A stretch of 39,401 bases of DNA from Thermodesulfobacteriota bacterium (GTDB taxonomy: Bacteria; Desulfobacterota_D; UBA1144; Nemesobacterales; N074bin48). A program made the position numbers and the translations under genes. Each line of letters starts with the position of its first letter. The first letter of the stretch is position 1. The notes beneath the pieces are model-generated. The model worked only from the letters and a program-made list of their open reading frames with translations, had not been told where the DNA came from and ran no database searches. The stretch is taken from positions 1-39,401 of the forward strand of contig JBFFSH010000021.1 of the NCBI GenBank assembly GCA_041572575.1, read 5' to 3'. Below are positions 28,414 through 36,660 of the stretch, one piece after another.

Positions 28414-29814
28414 CTATTTTCCAATACAAAACTTACTGAATATTCTGGACAGCACATCTTCAGAGGTTATTTCACCTGTAATCTCACCAAATTTGTCCAG
28501 TGCATATCTTAAATCCACCGCCAGATATTCCGGTGATTCATCAATCACCAAAGCTTTTTTAAATCTCGTTAAATTTTCAATTACCTGTTCTAATGAGTTT
28601 TTATGGCGAAGCTCTGATATTGTAACAGAGGAGTCTTCTTGAGACTTATTATCCCCTGTAATAATGTTAAAAATTTTATCTCTAAGTTCATCAATATTAC
28701 TATTATTCTTTGCAGAAATATCGATTATCAGCTCTCTATTGATATGAGAAGGAAGGTCGTCTTCAGAAATTTTAGTTCCTAAATCATTTTTATTTAGTAC
28801 AACAATATAGTTTGAATCACTCAATAGCTTAAGTACTTCCAGATCATCACTACCAAGTTTTTCACTTCTATCGAGTACCACTATCTGAAATTCAGCTTCT
28901 TGAGATATTTTTCTGCTCAGATCAATACCCATCTGCTCAATATCTTGCTGAGTGTATCGGATTCCGGCAGTATCAATCAGTTTTAGGGGTATTCCATAGA
29001 TATCTATTGTTTCTTCAATAAAGTCCCTTGTTGTACCTGGAATTTCGCTTACAATCGCTCTATCCTTTCTTAGGAGGCAGTTTAGAAGACTCGATTTTCC
29101 AACATTGGGCTTTCCTATAATCGCAGTAGTAATGCCATGTTTTAGTATATGACCTTGTTCAAAGGTGGATATCAGTTTTTCCAGATTTTCGATTAATGAT
29201 TCAGAATTCTCCAAAATCCTATTTTTTACCAGTGAATCAAGGCCTTCTTCAGGAAAATCAACATTTGCCTCAATTTCAGCCAGCATATCTAATACAACGT
29301 CCTTATAATCATTAATTTGTTTAGATAACTGTCCTTCGAGCTGCATTTGGGAGTGCTTCAGTGCTTTTTCAGTCTGTGAGTTAATTACATCGGCAACAGC
29401 TTCTGCCTGAGATAGGTCCATTTTATTGTTTAAAAATGCTCTTTTTGTAAATTCTCCCGGTTCCGCTGCTCTAGCTCCCCTTTTAATACATAGATCCAAA
29501 ATGATTTTAGATACTATCACTCCTCCATGACAATGAATTTCCACTACATCCTGACCCGTGTATGACTTGGGTGCTTTCATATACACTACTAAAACATCAT
29601 CAATAACCCTGTTTTCTTCATCGCTGAATATAAACCCTCTATAGAGCCTAAAGGGCTTAATTTCTTCTACAGGTTTATTATTTGATCTCCTGTATATATT
29701 TTTTAATATAGAAGTAGCATCGTTTCCGCTTATTCTAATTATTGCAATACCGCCATGTCCCTGTGCTGTAGCAATTGCGGCTATTGTGTCTTCATTTAAT
29801 ATATCTTTGCTCAA
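28414..29814 (-). CDS. mnmE: tRNA modification GTPase MnmE
   Basis: DTIAAIAT, SYTGQDVVEIHCHGG, GKPNVGKSS, GTTRD, DTAG, C-terminal FCIGK. Confidence 0.97.
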   Translation of the reverse strand: MSKDILNEDTIAAIATAQGHGGIAIIRISGNDATSILKNIYRRSNNKPVEEIKPFRLYRGFIFSDEENRVIDDVLVVYMKAPKSYTGQDVVEIHCHGGVIVSKIILDLCIKRGARAAEPGEFTKRAFLNNKMDLSQAEAVADVINSQTEKALKHSQMQLEGQLSKQINDYKDVVLDMLAEIEANVDFPEEGLDSLVKNRILENSESLIENLEKLISTFEQGHILKHGITTAIIGKPNVGKSSLLNCLLRKDRAIVSEIPGTTRDFIEETIDIYGIPLKLIDTAGIRYTQQDIEQMGIDLSRKISQEAEFQIVVLDRSEKLGSDDLEVLKLLSDSNYIVVLNKNDLGTKISEDDLPSHINRELIIDISAKNNSNIDELRDKIFNIITGDNKSQEDSSVTISELRHKNSLEQVIENLTRFKKALVIDESPEYLAVDLRYALDKFGEITGEITSEDVLSRIFSKFCIGK

Positions 29815-29903
29815 ATTTGTATCCTTTTTACGTATAAAAGTATATAATTTTACCTGTTTTATTGATAACTGCTTGAATTTAGTGAAAAAGTGTTAAGAAA
29901 TTA

Positions 29904-29919
29904 TGTTTCACGTGAAACA
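29904..29919. other. parS site
   Basis: Perfect TGTTTCACGTGAAACA. Confidence 0.93.
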
Positions 29920-29928
29920 TTGGGTTAA

Positions 29929-30615
29929 TTGGAAATGGCAGATAAGCCGGACTATTTAGAGCATAGAAAGCGTATTAGAGAGAGATTCCTAAAATCCTCT
30001 GGAAAAGGGCTTAGTGACTATGAGCTCATAGAACTGCTTCTTACTTATGCAATTCCAAGAAAAGATGTAAAACCGATTGCCAAGCAGATAAATAGAAAAT
30101 TTGGCGGACTTAAAGGTATTATAGACAGCACTGCCGAAGAATTGGAGAAAATAGATGGAATAGGCCCGGCTTCGGCTACTCTAATTTTATTGATCAAAGA
30201 AATTATCATAGGTTATTTCGAATACAGTATGGTTAAGGGTGATGCACTTAGCTCTCCTCAAATTGTAGCAGATTTTGCAAAGGCAAAGCTTTCGGGTCTT
30301 AAAGACGAGGTATTTTTATGCATATTCGTAAATACCAAGAATGAAGTGATAGATTACAAGGTTATTCAGGAGGGCACGATTGATCAGGTGGTCCTCCATC
30401 CAAGAAAAGTATTAGAAGGGGCACTAAGCATGAAAGCATCCGGTATTATACTGATTCATAACCATCCAAGTGGACACCCGCAACCCTCGGAGCAGGATAA
30501 AGTTCTTACAGATGAATTGAAAAAGGCAGCAGAGCTTATTAATTTAAGAATTCTGGATCATTTGATTATAGGTAAAAATAAATATTACAGCTTCAGGGAA
30601 AACAGCCTGTTATAA
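29929..30615 (+). CDS. radC: RadC/UPF0758 JAB-domain protein
   Basis: HR.R.RERF, YEL.ELLL, HhH 'IDGIG', HNHPSG.P.PS..D, LDHLII. Confidence 0.93.
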   Translation: MEMADKPDYLEHRKRIRERFLKSSGKGLSDYELIELLLTYAIPRKDVKPIAKQINRKFGGLKGIIDSTAEELEKIDGIGPASATLILLIKEIIIGYFEYSMVKGDALSSPQIVADFAKAKLSGLKDEVFLCIFVNTKNEVIDYKVIQEGTIDQVVLHPRKVLEGALSMKASGIILIHNHPSGHPQPSEQDKVLTDELKKAAELINLRILDHLIIGKNKYYSFRENSLL

Positions 30616-30626
30616 TTTCATTCCTT

Positions 30627-31214
30627 TTATTTATCTGGTTCCCAGGCCTGATATTTAATATCATGTATGCACTGAAGCGAAGTTTCCACGGTGCGTGAGA
30701 GTTTATGGCTGTATTCGTGAATCCACTCAGGCGGGGCATATGTATAGAAGTAATCCAGGGTAAGCCACTGGTCGCTGCTTTTGAGACCGCCATTTATCAC
30801 ACTTACTAGAAACACGGTCATATCGCCTCCGTCCATTGCATTTAATACTTCACATTCCGCATAAGAATGGCAGTCAATAAGAACAGGGCATCCGGTTTCT
30901 AAAGTCTCGTATGCCACCTCTTTAAACTTCTTCCTTTCTCTACCTGTATAGAAACCGAAGTTTTTTACAAGGGCAAGCTGGTCGTTTCTCAGTAAATGAA
31001 TACAAAGCTTTTTGGAGTTATAGATAAAATCGTGCGTATAGTTTCCTTTCCATATTCCTACAATAAGACGCGGTATTGTATGAACCACAGATGATGTGAC
31101 TACAGTTACAGCGATCTGCCCGTTTACTTTTCCATCCCACGCACTTGTGATTGCCACCACGGGAGAGAGTGACCAAAAGATTCCTGCTACTGACGACCCT
31201 TCCTGTTTGCTCAT
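30627..31214 (-). CDS. Flavin reductase-like FMN-binding protein
   Basis: PVVAITS...NGQ, FGFYTGR..KF, TGCPVL..C..Y.EC.V....GGD...F. Confidence 0.8.
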   Translation of the reverse strand: MSKQEGSSVAGIFWSLSPVVAITSAWDGKVNGQIAVTVVTSSVVHTIPRLIVGIWKGNYTHDFIYNSKKLCIHLLRNDQLALVKNFGFYTGRERKKFKEVAYETLETGCPVLIDCHSYAECEVLNAMDGGDMTVFLVSVINGGLKSSDQWLTLDYFYTYAPPEWIHEYSHKLSRTVETSLQCIHDIKYQAWEPDK

Positions 31215-31329
31215 TATCTTATCATAATTTATTTAAGCACTAATTTGCAAGTAAAATATTTTATCATTATTATTAGATCAGTGAGACATTGAGGCTGTAT
31301 ACGTCCTGTCCCCATATATTATATTAATT

Positions 31330-32067
31330 ATGTCTAGTCTATTCGGAACTAATTCAGAGCAATATAATAAATTCAGACCACATTATCCTGCTGAGCTGTT
31401 TGAATACCTTGCAGGCGTTGCACCATCAAACGAGTTAGCCTGGGACTGCGGCTGCGGCACCGGGCAGGTTTCGGTTCCACTTTCTAACTATTTTGAGCAG
31501 GTAGTAGCTACGGATATTAGTGAAGGGCAGATAAAAAAAGCCGAGGTAAAAGACAATATTATTTATAGGGCCAGTGCTGAAGGCAGTTCAGGATTAAATA
31601 AAAATTCTGTTGATCTTGTAACATGCGCACAGGCTCTGCACTGGTTTGATTTAAAAAAGTTCTATAAAGAGGTAAACAGGGTGCTTAAGCCCGGCGGGGT
31701 AGTAGCGGTGTGGACATACAACCTCTTTAGAGTAAATAAAAAGTTAGATGAACTAATAGATAATTTTTATTTTGATAACATCTATAACTACTGGCCCGAG
31801 CAAAGGAAGGATGTGGAAAAGGGCTATGCGAAGCTTGAGTTTCCGTACACTAAAATTTCTGTCCCGCAGTTTTCAATGGAGGTAGAGTGGACATTGGATC
31901 ACTTAAAAGGCTACATAAACACATGGACCGGGGTACAGAACTATATTGAGCTTGAGTGTTTCAGCCCGCTTGAATTTATTGAGGGAGAACTGAAAAACCT
32001 CTGGGGAGATAAGAAAACAAAAAAGAGGATTACCTGGCCGCTTATGGTGATAGTAGGTAAAAAATAA
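31330..32067 (+). CDS. Class I SAM-dependent methyltransferase
   Basis: RPHYP, WDCGCGTGQ, DLVTCAQALHWF, RVLKPGG. Confidence 0.9.
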   Translation: MSSLFGTNSEQYNKFRPHYPAELFEYLAGVAPSNELAWDCGCGTGQVSVPLSNYFEQVVATDISEGQIKKAEVKDNIIYRASAEGSSGLNKNSVDLVTCAQALHWFDLKKFYKEVNRVLKPGGVVAVWTYNLFRVNKKLDELIDNFYFDNIYNYWPEQRKDVEKGYAKLEFPYTKISVPQFSMEVEWTLDHLKGYINTWTGVQNYIELECFSPLEFIEGELKNLWGDKKTKKRITWPLMVIVGKK

Positions 32068-32150
32068 TAAGGCGAAGTCTCAATTGACTTTGAATTACTA
32101 CAGTAATACAATGTAATTATATCTCAGAATATTTATAAGATGGGGGTTAT

Positions 32151-33734
32151 ATGATGAGAAGATTTTTTCTGTTATCTGCTTCAATTTTAACTTTAGCAAT
32201 TCTTTCTTATATACAGCAAAGCCTTGCAGCTCCTCCGACATTTTCATTTACTTCATCAGTTATAGGACAAGGAACAGTAGAACCTCCGACTGCCTCACAT
32301 AAAAGAAACTGGCAGCTTACCGTTACTGCAATACCCGCTGATGGATGGGTGTTCGATCACTGGGAAGGTGATTTAAGCGGAAGCGAAAACCCCACAAGGA
32401 TTAGAATTACATCAGATAAATATGTAACAGCGGTATTTGTAGAAGCCGGAGTTCCTTCCCCTACACCGACACCCACACCAATTCCAACAGTGACTCCTAC
32501 CCCAACTCCTGGTCCATCACCTACACCCGGTCCTTCTCCAACACCCACACCAACGCCAGTGCCTCCTTCATCGGATAAAGAAGTAATAGGCTACTTCATC
32601 CAGTGGGGCGTTTATGCAAGGGACTATTTTGTTAAGAATGTGGTCACTAGCGGCTCGGCTGATGTTCTCACGGTTATTAACTATGCATTTGCAGGAATAG
32701 ATGAAACTCTCAAATGTGAAAGCCTCGATCCATTTGCTGACTACGAAAAGGCTATGAAGGTGGATGAGAGCATCGATGGCGTGGAAGACACATTTGATCA
32801 GAGCCTCAGGGGAAATTTTAATCAGCTTAAAAAACTAAAGCAGATGTATCCGAATATAAAGCTTATGATATCAATTGGAGGCTGGACACAGTCATTCCGC
32901 TTTTCTGATGCTGCTCTGCCGCAGAACAGGCAGGCATTTGTAGATTCATGTATAGATATGTATATAAACGGCAATTTTGCCCCCGGGATTTCCGAGCCCG
33001 GGCTTTTTGACGGTATCGACATAGACTGGGAGTATCCCGGAAGATGCGGCAACACATGTGATTTTAGAGAAGAAGACACAGAGAATTTTACAGCGCTTCT
33101 CCAAGAATTCAGAACAAAGCTTGATCAGGTTAATCCCGATCTGCTTCTAACCATCGCATCACCTGCCTCTGAGTTTCACTACTCCAAAATCGAGCTTGAT
33201 AAGATTCATCAGTACCTGGACTGGATCAATATCATGACCTATGATTTTCACGGAGGCTGGGAGGCAAACGGACCCACAAACCATCACTCTCCTTTATACA
33301 GCTCTCCGTCTGATCCAACAGACGGGGGTTCTACAGATGAGAGTGTAAAGGGTTATCTTGGACAGGGCGTTCCAAAGAGCAAGATAAATATAGGAGTACC
33401 TTTTTATGGACGCGGCTGGGCAAGGGTTTCTAATACAAACAATGGCCTATACCAGAATGCCGGCAGGGTTCCCCGCGGAAAGTATGAAAAGGGTGTGGAT
33501 GACTACAAGATTCTAAGCTCTATGGGATTTCCGGGGTTTTGGGACCCGGTGGCTCAGGCTTACTGGATCTATAACGGAAACGAGTTCTGGACTTTTGACA
33601 ACGATCAGTCGCTTCTAAACAAGATGGGCTATATCAAATCAAACGATCTAAGAGGGGTATTTTTCTGGGAGCTTAGTGGAGACAGCGCGGATGGTGAACT
33701 TATAGACGCAATTAATCAGGGACTTCAGGATTAA
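32151..33734 (+). CDS. Secreted GH18 chitinase: signal peptide, InlB-B-repeat-like domain, Pro/Thr linker, GH18 catalytic domain
   Basis: SIGGW, catalytic DGIDIDWEYP, MTYDFHG, GVPFYGRGW, FWELSGD; N-domain 'TAIPADGWVFDHWEGD...VTAVF'. Confidence 0.92.
   Translation: MMRRFFLLSASILTLAILSYIQQSLAAPPTFSFTSSVIGQGTVEPPTASHKRNWQLTVTAIPADGWVFDHWEGDLSGSENPTRIRITSDKYVTAVFVEAGVPSPTPTPTPIPTVTPTPTPGPSPTPGPSPTPTPTPVPPSSDKEVIGYFIQWGVYARDYFVKNVVTSGSADVLTVINYAFAGIDETLKCESLDPFADYEKAMKVDESIDGVEDTFDQSLRGNFNQLKKLKQMYPNIKLMISIGGWTQSFRFSDAALPQNRQAFVDSCIDMYINGNFAPGISEPGLFDGIDIDWEYPGRCGNTCDFREEDTENFTALLQEFRTKLDQVNPDLLLTIASPASEFHYSKIELDKIHQYLDWINIMTYDFHGGWEANGPTNHHSPLYSSPSDPTDGGSTDESVKGYLGQGVPKSKINIGVPFYGRGWARVSNTNNGLYQNAGRVPRGKYEKGVDDYKILSSMGFPGFWDPVAQAYWIYNGNEFWTFDNDQSLLNKMGYIKSNDLRGVFFWELSGDSADGELIDAINQGLQD
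32453..32571 (+). repeat. Coding Pro/Thr low-complexity linker of the chitinase
   Basis: PSPTPTPTPIPTVTPTPTPGPSPTPGPSPTPTPTPVPPS. Confidence 0.85.
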
Positions 33735-33766
33735 TTTTTCACACTATCATTCGGGGCTGGTTGAGT

Positions 33767-34570
33767 TCAAAGTAGTCCAAGACACTGCTCCGGCATCTGC
33801 CTGACTTTTTTTGGTTCGGGAGTGGTTTTTACTTCTTCACTTTTTTCAGGCGGTATGAACCACTGCTTCAGATCCTCTCCGCAGCCGTCACCGGGTTCTA
33901 TAGATTTCTGATTTTCACAGAAATTGCTTCCATTCGGACATTTTAGTCTTACATGAAAGTGGCCGTCATGACCATACCAGGGGCGGATTTTATTTAGCCA
34001 TGGTTGTCCCTTGTGTTTTTTGCATAACTCCAGTTTAATAACCGGGTTTACGAAAATCCTGTCTACATCGGGGTGAGCAGTAGCAAGGACGAGCACGGCC
34101 GTCTGCCTTCTTCCCCACATCCCTTCTTTAATGCCTGTTTTATGAGCGTTTAATACCGAAATAGGATTAATGTCTTCGCGTTCGGATTCACTTAAAAATA
34201 GGTTTGAATAAGGCTGGTTTAGGTACAGGATGTCAGCATCAAGACCCGTCTGATGGCTTGTATGGTCGCTTGGTAGGGGGCCTCCGGTTTTTTGAGAAAT
34301 ATCACCAATTAACAGAGTTGAATTTAATTTAGCTTTAGTATGTTTGCCCAGATACTTGATGAAATCTATCAGTCGTGGGTGCCCATAGTTTCTTTCCCTG
34401 CTAAGCCTTATAACCTGATATCCCTCGCCCGTCTCTTCAAGCTTTTGAGAATTTTGTATACAGCCGGCTGTATAAAACCCAATGGATTTGGAACTGGAAT
34501 TACCCTCAGCAGGAAATAAGATTATTGATAAGAGAACTAAAGATATTAATAGATGCGAAACTGTACTCAT
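33767..34570 (-). CDS. mepA: Penicillin-insensitive murein endopeptidase MepA
   Basis: IG.Y..GC, R.R.YGHP, LIGDISQ..GGP....H.SHQ.GLDADI, KIRPWYGH..HFHVRL.CP, GDGC. Confidence 0.9.
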   Translation of the reverse strand: MSTVSHLLISLVLLSIILFPAEGNSSSKSIGFYTAGCIQNSQKLEETGEGYQVIRLSRERNYGHPRLIDFIKYLGKHTKAKLNSTLLIGDISQKTGGPLPSDHTSHQTGLDADILYLNQPYSNLFLSESEREDINPISVLNAHKTGIKEGMWGRRQTAVLVLATAHPDVDRIFVNPVIKLELCKKHKGQPWLNKIRPWYGHDGHFHVRLKCPNGSNFCENQKSIEPGDGCGEDLKQWFIPPEKSEEVKTTPEPKKVRQMPEQCLGLL

Positions 34571-34803
34571 GTTTACCCATATATGATAATTAAAACTAAT
34601 ATATTAGCAAAAAGCTTTGTAACACACTGAGTCTACCAAAGTGTGAGTTGCAACAATTTAGTTCTAGACTAAGTTAATTTCCTGATAATTATTCTCCATT
34701 ATTGTACTTACATACAGTATGTATGTTGAATATTCATATCTTCTCTTCTGATCAAGAATAGTTCTAAAGGGGAACATTCAATTAAAATAAATCTATGCAA
34801 ATA

Positions 34804-34830
34804 TATACATACCGACTGTCGGTATGTATA
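34804..34830. promoter_or_regulatory. Perfect 27-bp palindrome TATACATACCGAC-T-GTCGGTATGTATA, operator-like
   Basis: 13-1-13 inverted repeat; related TACATAC-A-GTATGTA at 34709-34723. Confidence 0.6.
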
Positions 34831-34898
34831 AAAATGACACAATGGAAGAGTAATAACTGTTAATTTTTAGTGCGTATTTGATGCTATGAAACGGTAAA

Positions 34899-35595
34899 CA
34901 GTCAAACGGTCAAAAGTTCAGGGTATAGCCCCTTGTCTGATGACTTTTTGACCGTAAGTACTTGTAATGTCTAAAATTCACCTGTTTGGGTCTTACGGTC
35001 AATGGTCAGCCACTAGACCCAAACCCATTGACCCAAAGACCCTAACTGAGAAAAAAAATTAAGATGGTAATATCAATTTTTAATAATTACAGGCAGTTAC
35101 AACAGTTAGACCCAAAAACCCAAAGATTCTCCTATAAGCCCCTAAACCTATGGGTTTTTGGGTTTAAGGCTAATTAGTCAGTAATTACATTTAATTAGAA
35201 GCAGATTTTATATTTTCAACTAAGAGTGATTAATGAATACTTATTTAGATAACCAGTTGTATATTTATTGTTATTTCCAGGTGAATTTCTTTTTTAATAT
35301 AATTAGTATTAATGGATAGGATAAAGAGCATAATAAATAATTAAAATGTATATAAATAGATAATATATAAATTAGTATAATAATTACAGACACTTACAAC
35401 TCTTAGACCCAAAAACCCAAAAGTTTCGGGTTTATGCCCTGATTTATGGGTTTTTGGGTTTAACTGGTTACCAATATAGTTAGATATGAGTATATAAGTG
35501 CGGAGATAGGCAGGATATTACTTCCAATTACCGCACTAAGGGTCAAAAGGTTAAAGGTTTCAGGGTATATTAATACCCTAATGACCCGAACTAAC
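34899..35595. repeat. Array of ~60-nt inverted-repeat units with 8-bp-periodic arms (34899-34954, 34984-35046, 35106-35167, 35403-35463, 35540-35595)
   Basis: Two near-identical ~86-nt copies (35081-35167, 35378-35463) with arms TTAGACCCAAAAACCCA / TGGGTTTTTGGGTTTAA; other units use GGTCA/TGACC arms; four units have a 27-28 nt related core. Confidence 0.85.
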
Positions 35596-35722
35596 TTTTA
35601 GGGTTAAATAAGCTTTACTAGAAATTTGGATAACAACATTAAATTGAAAAGTAGTACAGGACTAAAGCTATGAAACTAAAAGCGCTCTATTTAGTTTTTT
35701 ATTCTATAAAGGGAGGATGATT

Positions 35723-36403
35723 ATGAGGAAATTTATATTAAATCTAGCAATCTTATTTTTATTTAGTGGCATAAATAGTTATGCCGGAGTGAATGTAGAA
35801 ATTAACCTTGGCGGAAGCCCAAATGATAATTACTACAGGTCACTTGCAAATTATTACAGGGTTCCTGACAAAGATGTCTATTTTGTAAGAGACAGGGGAA
35901 TTCCAAATGAAGAACTGCCCGTGATATTCTACCTTGCCTCACTTGCGGGTGTAGCTCCCTCTTTAGTAGCCGATGAATACAGGAGGCCGGGGATTACGCT
36001 TTATGATCTCACAAGAGCTTTTGGACTATATCCCGATATTTATCATTATCCGATAAAGACCAGAGTAGACGGTCCGCCTTATGGTAAGGCTTACGGTTAC
36101 TACAAGAACAAACCCAAAAATCAGTGGAAGGATATTAAGCTCAACAACTCAGACATCATTAATCTTGTAAACCTGAGGTTTATCTCAGAGTCCAGAGGAG
36201 TCGATCCCGATGATATAATAAAAGGAAGAAAAGCCGGCAAGGATTTCATTTCCATAGACTACGATATTTCCAAGAGCAAAGGAAAACCCAATAATGCATC
36301 CGGCAAAAAGGATTTCGATAAGCCCAAACCGGGTAAGGGTAATTCTGGAGTAGAAAAGAATAAGGGTAAAGGACAGGACAAAGGTAAGGGGAAGAAGAAA
36401 TAA
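35723..36403 (+). CDS. Secreted/periplasmic hypothetical protein with GPPYGKAYGY motif and Lys/Gly-rich tail
   Basis: Signal peptide (MRKFILNLAILFLFSGINSYA), GGGAGG RBS 6 nt before ATG 35723, basic C-terminus. Confidence 0.75.
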   Translation: MRKFILNLAILFLFSGINSYAGVNVEINLGGSPNDNYYRSLANYYRVPDKDVYFVRDRGIPNEELPVIFYLASLAGVAPSLVADEYRRPGITLYDLTRAFGLYPDIYHYPIKTRVDGPPYGKAYGYYKNKPKNQWKDIKLNNSDIINLVNLRFISESRGVDPDDIIKGRKAGKDFISIDYDISKSKGKPNNASGKKDFDKPKPGKGNSGVEKNKGKGQDKGKGKKK

Positions 36404-36417
36404 GTAGGTAGATCTCC

Positions 36418-36657
36418 ATGAAGAGAATAAAAATTGAACAAGCAAACATGTATTTGGATACTCTAATAGATGAAGTGACAGAATCGGATGAACCAATATT
36501 GATTGAAGCTAATGGGAGAAACAGTGTTTTAGTATCCGAACAAAACTGGAGATCAATTCAAGAAACGTTGTATCTCTTGTCTATTCCAAAAATGAGAGAA
36601 TCTATTAGGGATGGGATGGCTGAGCCGTTAGATGATTGTAAAGATAAAGTTTGGTAG
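36418..36657 (+). CDS. Phd/YefM-family antitoxin
   Basis: 'L..LIDEV.ES.EPILI....NSVLVSE..WRSIQETLYLLSIP.MRESIR.G..EPL' is the YefM/Axe-type signature. Confidence 0.88.
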   Translation: MKRIKIEQANMYLDTLIDEVTESDEPILIEANGRNSVLVSEQNWRSIQETLYLLSIPKMRESIRDGMAEPLDDCKDKVW

Positions 36658-36660
36658 TTA

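Noticed and set aside
29929..30615. radC as a marker of a mobile element
   Set aside because: Full-length HhH+JAB chromosomal type in a housekeeping context, with no integrase or att site.
31303..31320. GTCCTGTCCCCATATATT, resembling the IS3 end TGACCTTGCCCCATATAAT
   Set aside because: Short imperfect match without a terminal TG, partner IR or transposase remnant.
34617..34672. Imperfect hairpin TTGTAACACACT..AGTGTGAGTTGCAA and TTAGT-TCTAG-ACTAA upstream of mepA
   Set aside because: Short and bulged with no similarity to the array units; cannot be distinguished from chance.
35040..35463. Integron attC sites (GTTAGAC, CCCTAAC, GTTTAAC seen)
   Set aside because: Within the hairpins the GTT/AAC triplets are at the outer ends, the reverse of attC polarity. 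No L-box pairing, no cassette ORFs between units and no integrase.
34899..35595. CRISPR array
   Set aside because: Units are ~60-86 nt, irregularly spaced and divergent, with no constant repeat-spacer period and no cas genes.
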